Below, in pieces: positions 14,461-20,000 of a stretch of DNA of 20,000 nt. Where the stretch lies: IMG/VR virus record IMGVR_UViG_3300032006_000004, one strand, 5' to 3'. The notes below the pieces were generated by a model. The model did no database searches. It was not told the origin of the DNA and worked only from the letters and a program-made list of their open reading frames with translations. Source of the DNA: an uncultured virus (IMG/VR IMGVR_UViG_3300032006_000004). Its lineage: Duplodnaviria; Heunggongvirae; Uroviricota; Caudoviricetes. How positions within the stretch are numbered: position 1 is the first letter of the stretch; each line of letters starts with the position of its first letter. The translations under genes were made by a program, and so were the position numbers.

Positions 14461-15429
14461 ATGGCTGCGGGAAACAGCAATTTTGATGAGATTCTGACTA
14501 CGACTCTCAACAACTATGTTCCAAAATTGGTGGACAACATTTTCAGTGCTCGTCCATTGTTCTATGCTTTGACCAACAGTCAAACCATGCGAACAGTTTC
14601 GGGTGGCGCAAAGATTGTTGTTCCAGTAATTTATGGAACCAACTCAACCGCTGGCTCGTACAGCGGAACCGATTCTATTTCCACGACTGCTCAGACAGGC
14701 ATTTCGGCTGCTGAGTACAACTGGAAACAGTATGCGGCGACAGTAACCATCAACGGTATGGAAGAAGCCAAAAACAACGGCGAAGCTCAAATCATTGACC
14801 TTCTCGAAGGCAAAATCTTCCAAACCCAAGAAACCATCATTGAGAACATGAACACCATGTTCTACGCAGATGGCACTGGCAACAGCGGCAAAGACTGGGA
14901 AGGCATCGCTGCCCTTGTTGACTCTGCTGGCACTGATGTTGGCGGTATCGACTCTACAGATGCCGACAATGTTTGGTGGCGTTCCACAGAAACTGCTTCT
15001 GGCGGTGTGGCTTCGCTTACCACAGCGATGATGGCAACCCTGTATAACGATGTTTCTGTTGGCAACGACCAACCGACCATCATTATTACATCACAACAGG
15101 GTTACGAAAAATATGAAAGCTTGCTCACCAGCAATATCCGTTACACGGATACAGACATGGCTGATGCTGGCTTCCAGAACCTCATGTTCAAGGGTGCGCC
15201 AATGACATTTGACGCAGCTATTTCGACAGGAACTGTAGCCGCGGGCTCACAGCCTCTGTACATGCTGAACACGAAGTATCTGCAACTTGTACGCCACTCG
15301 GATGTTTGGTTCAAGCCAACGCCGTTCGTGCGTCCTACAAACCAGGATGCTGTGTTCTCACAGATCCTTTGCTACGGCAACTTGACCTGTTCAAACAGGG
15401 CTCGCCAAGGCAAGCTAACAGGGCTATAA
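14461..15429 (+). CDS. Major capsid protein
   Basis: 322 aa after the scaffold, AGGAG SD, codon usage shifted towards C-ending codons, followed by a strong hairpin. Confidence 0.85.
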   Translation: MAAGNSNFDEILTTTLNNYVPKLVDNIFSARPLFYALTNSQTMRTVSGGAKIVVPVIYGTNSTAGSYSGTDSISTTAQTGISAAEYNWKQYAATVTINGMEEAKNNGEAQIIDLLEGKIFQTQETIIENMNTMFYADGTGNSGKDWEGIAALVDSAGTDVGGIDSTDADNVWWRSTETASGGVASLTTAMMATLYNDVSVGNDQPTIIITSQQGYEKYESLLTSNIRYTDTDMADAGFQNLMFKGAPMTFDAAISTGTVAAGSQPLYMLNTKYLQLVRHSDVWFKPTPFVRPTNQDAVFSQILCYGNLTCSNRARQGKLTGL

Positions 15430-15446
15430 GCTAATAGCTCACAGGT

Positions 15447-15478
15447 GGTGGGGTGAGGGTTTCGGCCCTCGCCCCACC
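15447..15478 (+). terminator. Stem-loop after the capsid gene (terminator or mRNA stabiliser, no U-tract)
   Basis: GGTGGGGTGAGGGT-TTCG-GCCCTCGCCCCACC. Confidence 0.65.
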
Positions 15479-15496
15479 CAAAAGTTCTGAGGATTC

Positions 15497-15742
15497 ATGG
15501 GCAGAGAATTGCAGTTAGGGTACGGAAGTAGCCGAAGAGTTTATGGGGATCCTGGGGAGGGATATTCTCCAAGCGTTCCTAGGGGGGAATACTTCGGAGG
15601 ACGTGGGGTAAGGGCCATCAATGCTGATATCCCACACGAAGAACCACAACCTTCCGTTTGTTTTGCGACTACCAAAGCTGGTGATCCATGCAAAGCTCGT
15701 CCTGCCGAGGGGCAAAGCTTTTGCTCTTTCCATAAGGAGTAG
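15497..15742 (+). CDS. Small protein with C-terminal C3H Zn-finger-like motif
   Basis: CFATTKAGDPCKARPAEGQSFCSFH. Confidence 0.7.
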   Translation: MGRELQLGYGSSRRVYGDPGEGYSPSVPRGEYFGGRGVRAINADIPHEEPQPSVCFATTKAGDPCKARPAEGQSFCSFHKE

Positions 15743-15744
15743 CG

Positions 15745-16449
15745 GTGAACTTAGGGGAAATGCGTTCCTACATTCAGAGCGTTGTTGAAATTGACAACAG
15801 CGACATTTCTGATGATGTGATGAACCGCATGTTGGGGCAAGGCTACGATCAGATTGTTTACAGCGAGAAACGTTGGCCTTGGTACGAGGTTTCTACAACC
15901 TTTTCTACTGTTTCTGGAACTTCGGATTATGCTCTTTCTACGGTAGGAGGAAGTGTCACCAACGGGTTGCGTGAAATAAATGCGTTAAGAACAGACGATC
16001 ATGTTCTTACGCTCATTGGAAGAGATGCAGGTGACCTTGTTTATCCTTTGGATTCTGCTGGGAATGGCGATAGTTGGTATTGGTCTTACTGGGCCGAAAC
16101 CGCAAGGTTGTACCCTACCCCGTCCTCTGCTCAAACAATTTATGTTCGGGGATATAAAAACCCTTCAGCATTTGGGGCAGGTTCATTAGATTCTGCAACT
16201 CCAAGTGATTTCCCTGAACCGTTTCATCAGCTAATTGCGACCTTTGGGATTGCTCGTGCTTATGAACAGCAAGAAGATCCTGGTATGGCTCGCGAATACC
16301 AAAACATTTTCGCTAGGGAGTTAGATAATTTGCGGGCAAGGTATCTTGATGCGCCTGCACCGCAGCCTTTGGTTTTGAATACTGTTTCGACTTCTCGTTG
16401 GCGTTCACAGAGTGTTATGCCTGACCGACTTAGGTTTAGTTGGGAGTAA
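15745..16449 (+). CDS. Head-tail adaptor / tail tubular protein A-like
   Basis: Position after the capsid; WPW, LYPTP, P..FH.LI motifs; AAGGAG SD. Confidence 0.7.
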   Translation: MNLGEMRSYIQSVVEIDNSDISDDVMNRMLGQGYDQIVYSEKRWPWYEVSTTFSTVSGTSDYALSTVGGSVTNGLREINALRTDDHVLTLIGRDAGDLVYPLDSAGNGDSWYWSYWAETARLYPTPSSAQTIYVRGYKNPSAFGAGSLDSATPSDFPEPFHQLIATFGIARAYEQQEDPGMAREYQNIFARELDNLRARYLDAPAPQPLVLNTVSTSRWRSQSVMPDRLRFSWE

Positions 16450-16452
16450 CGG

Positions 16453-18054
16453 ATGTCTAAAGCGGAATCCCAGGGCTCTGTTCCACATGGTCAGCGATAT
16501 AAGCTGACTATGTTAGAGGATTTCAGTGGGGGCTTAAATTTACGTTCGGACCAATTTAATTTGGGTCCTAATGAAAGTCCTAACATGCTTAACGTAGATG
16601 TTGACCCTCGTGGCGGCATTAAGATGCGTTTAGGGGTAGATAAACGCAATTCAACTGCTTTGCCTTCTAGGGTGACGGGTTTAGGGCAGTTCACCCCAGA
16701 TGGGGGAACAGCCCGAGTTATTTGTTCATATGGGACTACTGTTGCGGAATCTTCTGCAAATGATTTCACAACTTTAAGTGGTGTTTCGGTTACTGACGGT
16801 AACCGTTTGTATGGGCAAACAACTAACGATAAGTTTTATGGGGTTTCGGGAGATGCTGCGTCATTTGTTTACGATGGAACGACTGCTTCAAACCTTGCGT
16901 CGAATGTCAACGGTTCAGCAGGAAATTACCCTATAGCTAAATACACTTGCCATTGGAACAACCATGCTTGGGTTGCTCACACCAAAGAAGGTGGCACTGC
17001 TTACGCTAACCGTGTGCGTTGGTCACGAATAGATGACCCAGAAACATGGTTTGATTACGATTATGTGGATGTCAACGTGGGGGAACGAGGCGACGAACTT
17101 TCTGCTCTCGTACCCTTCGCTGATCGCTTATTAATTTTCAAAACGAACAGCGTTCATGCGCTGTACGGTTTTGATTCTTTGACGTTTCAATTAGTGCCTC
17201 TTTCCCAGGATGTGGGTTCTGTGGCAATGTCGTCACCAGTTTCGACTCCTTATGGAGTGTTTTTCTGGTATGACCGTCAAGGCGTATGGATGTATGACGG
17301 CGACAAGTTTGTTTGGGTGTTTGAGAAACTCCAACCAGCTATCGACGATGGAAGATTACAGTTCAACAATCCGCCTCAGTTGGCTTGGTTTAAGAACAGG
17401 CTTTATGTTTCTGTTGATTGGGATGATTCAGGTGGTGCTGTTACTCATCGCCGTGTTCTAGTTTTTGACCCGACTTTGGGCGCTTGGACTATGACGAACA
17501 TAGACGCTAATGCGATGATGACGTTTGCGCCTCCTGGCGCTGAACAGGATTTGTTGGCTGCTTGTTATACGAACTCGGGTCGTGTGATCCATTTGGAACA
17601 GGATTTGCAAAGCGATTTCTACGGGACGACGACATCGCATATTGATTCTTCTTATACGACAAGTTGGCTTGTTGGGAAGAATCCGATTGTTAAGAAGCGT
17701 TGGGGTAAGCCTCGTATTGTGGTGAGTTCTGATGCAACTGTGGCTATGTCTGCAAAGTTGTATACGGATTACGACACTGCGAACTTTAAGAAGTCAATGT
17801 CCTTTGGTGTTCAAACGGGGGCTACGTCTGGGGCAACATGGGCTGCTTCGGCAGGCCCAACGGGGGGGACAGGCGTTTATGGTACGAGTACTTGGGCGAG
17901 TGAGCCCAATACGGATGTTACGAATATTGAGCGGCTGCCTACTCTTGGGACAGCTAAGGCTATTCAATTAAAGGTAGAAGGTCCTACATCTGTTGATGAG
18001 GCTTGGGAAGTGAACGCTATGGCATTTACTTATATTCATAGGAGACTGCGTTAA
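16453..18054 (+). CDS. Tail nozzle / tail tubular protein B-like beta-propeller protein
   Basis: DFSGGLN N-terminus, RVRWS..DDPETW, LLIFK..S...LYG; beta-rich; follows the adaptor. Confidence 0.7.
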   Translation: MSKAESQGSVPHGQRYKLTMLEDFSGGLNLRSDQFNLGPNESPNMLNVDVDPRGGIKMRLGVDKRNSTALPSRVTGLGQFTPDGGTARVICSYGTTVAESSANDFTTLSGVSVTDGNRLYGQTTNDKFYGVSGDAASFVYDGTTASNLASNVNGSAGNYPIAKYTCHWNNHAWVAHTKEGGTAYANRVRWSRIDDPETWFDYDYVDVNVGERGDELSALVPFADRLLIFKTNSVHALYGFDSLTFQLVPLSQDVGSVAMSSPVSTPYGVFFWYDRQGVWMYDGDKFVWVFEKLQPAIDDGRLQFNNPPQLAWFKNRLYVSVDWDDSGGAVTHRRVLVFDPTLGAWTMTNIDANAMMTFAPPGAEQDLLAACYTNSGRVIHLEQDLQSDFYGTTTSHIDSSYTTSWLVGKNPIVKKRWGKPRIVVSSDATVAMSAKLYTDYDTANFKKSMSFGVQTGATSGATWAASAGPTGGTGVYGTSTWASEPNTDVTNIERLPTLGTAKAIQLKVEGPTSVDEAWEVNAMAFTYIHRRLR

Positions 18055-19313
18055 TGGCAACCTTTACCCAGCCGAATACGGCTGTAGCTGGTAGTGCGAT
18101 CATTGCTAGCGAACATAACTCTAACTGGACTTATTTGAAGAACTGGTTAGAGGGTGTTCCTGGTCAGACCGCTACTTATCCTGGGGTAATTCAGAATACT
18201 GGTGGAACAGTTAGCGGCGATTTAGCCGTTACTGGTGGTTTAACTGGTGGGACTCTTACCTGTACGGGAAATGTTTCTCTTGGAGCAACAGACCATCTGT
18301 ATATAAGTAGCACGCAACATAGCGTTATTGGTTTGAGCACTGGTACTGATATCAATGCTCAGACTGCTGGAAGTTTCTTAAAGGATCTGAACTATCGAGC
18401 GAACTTCACAAGTGCTGGTCCTGGCAATAACACTCATCAGCTTTCTTATGGTTCAGATATAGCCAGCGGTGCTTATGCTGGCAATTATTTGTCCGAGAGT
18501 CACCGTTACTCGGTGTACTCTCGTCGTGCTGGGGAAGGGTACACAGGGCCATATGATGGACGTCCTGCTTCCGAATATCGTTTAGTTATTAATGGTTCTA
18601 TGGCAATCCGTGGAGACATTATTGGCTACACGGGATACAACGAAAGCGTGCCTGGAACTTCAACTGATTATTTAGAAGGTGAAGGTACACGCTTAAATGT
18701 GAACTGGGCAAATATTTGGTCGAACATTGATTGCGGCGGAGAGATTCGTGTGGGTAGCCGTTTCCAAACTGCGACGTTGTATTTCGGTGATGAGTACAGC
18801 CTTAATCAAGATTACATTCAGTGGAAAGACAATCTTCCTACTACGAATCTTCCTGGGTTTCAGTTTGTTCATAACGATACTGCTCATTTGACGATTGCAG
18901 AATCTTCAGGCAATTTGGATTTGCGTGCGGCGGCTGGTTGGCCGACGCTTGCTTCAACTAGCACTGCTGGTATCACCACGACTGGTTCTCACCAGTTGGG
19001 GATTGTTTCTTCTTCGGAACGATACAAAGAAGATATTACTGATGTTGATTTAGCTGCTGCTAAAACAAAGATTGCGGCATTAACTCCACGAACATTTAAG
19101 TGGGATGCTGCTGTTTCTACAGCTTCGGGGATTGATTATCAGAATCAAACTCCTGAAACTGGGTTTATTGCTGAGGAAGTTGCGGCTGTGGCTCCTGATT
19201 GGGTTTCTTATGACTCGACTGATTTGCCGCAAACGTGGCGGCATCAGTCAGTTGTATCTGCGCTTGTAGCTGTAGTTCAAGATCTTGAAAATCGTGTGGG
19301 GGCTCTTGAATAA
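18054..19313 (+). CDS. Tail fibre/spike with C-terminal intramolecular chaperone (peptidase S74-like)
   Basis: G/T/S-rich body; SSERYKEDI...F.W...GFIAEEV...[12 protein letters not shown] coiled-coil end. Confidence 0.8.
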   Translation: MATFTQPNTAVAGSAIIASEHNSNWTYLKNWLEGVPGQTATYPGVIQNTGGTVSGDLAVTGGLTGGTLTCTGNVSLGATDHLYISSTQHSVIGLSTGTDINAQTAGSFLKDLNYRANFTSAGPGNNTHQLSYGSDIASGAYAGNYLSESHRYSVYSRRAGEGYTGPYDGRPASEYRLVINGSMAIRGDIIGYTGYNESVPGTSTDYLEGEGTRLNVNWANIWSNIDCGGEIRVGSRFQTATLYFGDEYSLNQDYIQWKDNLPTTNLPGFQFVHNDTAHLTIAESSGNLDLRAAAGWPTLASTSTAGITTTGSHQLGIVSSSERYKEDITDVDLAAAKTKIAALTPRTFKWDAAVSTASGIDYQNQTPETGFIAEEVAAVAPDWVSYDSTDLPQTWRHQSVVSALVAVVQDLENRVGALE

Positions 19314-19960
19314 TGGCAACAGGGACCACGTACACCAATGATGTAGGCAGAGGCCAGAACCTCATTTCCTATGCTGACGGTTTCCGTTATCAAGGACAAT
19401 GGTCGTCTGGTACCTCCTACTCTGTTGGCGATGTTGTTGAATACAGCAGCGGTTCCTATGTTGCGCGCACAGCGCATTCTGGTCAAACTCCTTCTGCTGG
19501 CAGCAGCTATTGGCAAACAATTTCTGCGCCAGGAGCAGCAGGTGGCCCTGGCCCAGCAGGAGCGGCAGGACCCCAGGGGTCGTCTGGCCCCACGGGTCCA
19601 GCAGGCGCAACTGTTCTTAACGGGATAGGTGATCCGCAAGGAGTTACTGGTCAAGACGGTGACTTCTATTTGAATGTGTCCAATAACTATTTCTTTGGGC
19701 CTAAAGCCAGCGGCGTTTGGCCTGTTGGGTTTAGTTTGATTGGCCCGAATGGGCCACAGGGATCAACGGGGCCAACTGGCCCAACTGGTCCCGTTGGCCC
19801 ACCTGGAGGTCCCCCAGGGCCGACAGGGCCCACGGGTCCCACGGGGAGTACAGGTCCAGCGGGTCAAGCAGCGGGAACCGTAAATGGTGGTGTTGCTGAG
19901 TCAAATACAAATGGAGATTATGGAGGCGTCACACCTATTGACGCAGGAGGGCCAACGTAG
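19313..19960 (+). CDS. Collagen-like tail protein with CBM5/12-like module
   Basis: [15 protein letters not shown]...YW module, Gly-X-Y runs (GPTGPTGP), G.DGDFYL..SN..FFGPK..G.W. Confidence 0.8.
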   Translation: MATGTTYTNDVGRGQNLISYADGFRYQGQWSSGTSYSVGDVVEYSSGSYVARTAHSGQTPSAGSSYWQTISAPGAAGGPGPAGAAGPQGSSGPTGPAGATVLNGIGDPQGVTGQDGDFYLNVSNNYFFGPKASGVWPVGFSLIGPNGPQGSTGPTGPTGPVGPPGGPPGPTGPTGPTGSTGPAGQAAGTVNGGVAESNTNGDYGGVTPIDAGGPT

Positions 19961-20000
19961 TGCCTATTCAGATTCAATTCCGCCGAGGAACCCATGCCCA
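19960..20000 (+). CDS. Start of a further tail protein (IQFRRGT N-terminus), truncated
   Basis: GTG at 19960 overlapping the previous TAG; MPIQIQFRRGTHA; AGGAGG SD upstream. Confidence 0.65.
   Translation, partial: MPIQIQFRRGTHA

Noticed and set aside
11674..19654. Numerous minus-strand and alternate-frame ORFs within structural genes
   Set aside because: Shadow ORFs of long, motif-supported plus-strand genes with no recognisable features.
19530..19870. GGNCCN-rich DNA repeats
   Set aside because: Explained by Gly-Pro-X collagen-like coding.

Overview
A 20-kb piece of a tailed dsDNA phage genome with two divergent arms meeting at a non-coding junction (~7150-7770). Left arm (minus strand, 1-7148): small early/accessory genes, including a DUF932/TIGR03299-like protein, a GP88-like Cys-rich protein, several CxxC proteins and acidic proteins. 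Its intergenic gaps carry eight exact copies of the 14-bp palindrome TGTGTAGCTACACA and a duplicated terminator/palindrome/CACTATC module. Right arm (plus strand, 7772-20000): packaging and virion genes of podovirus-like type, namely a putative small terminase, a large terminase split into ATPase and nuclease genes, portal, scaffold, major capsid, adaptor, nozzle-like tail protein, a tail fibre with an S74-like chaperone and a collagen-repeat protein. A 2OG-Fe(II) oxygenase gene lies antisense inside this operon. A motif TGGGACA-N13/14-GTAG(GAG) occurs three times in front of late gene blocks and once back-to-back on the minus strand. An actinobacterial host is inferred from gene families only. 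All protein calls come from motif recognition by eye; no database searches were run.
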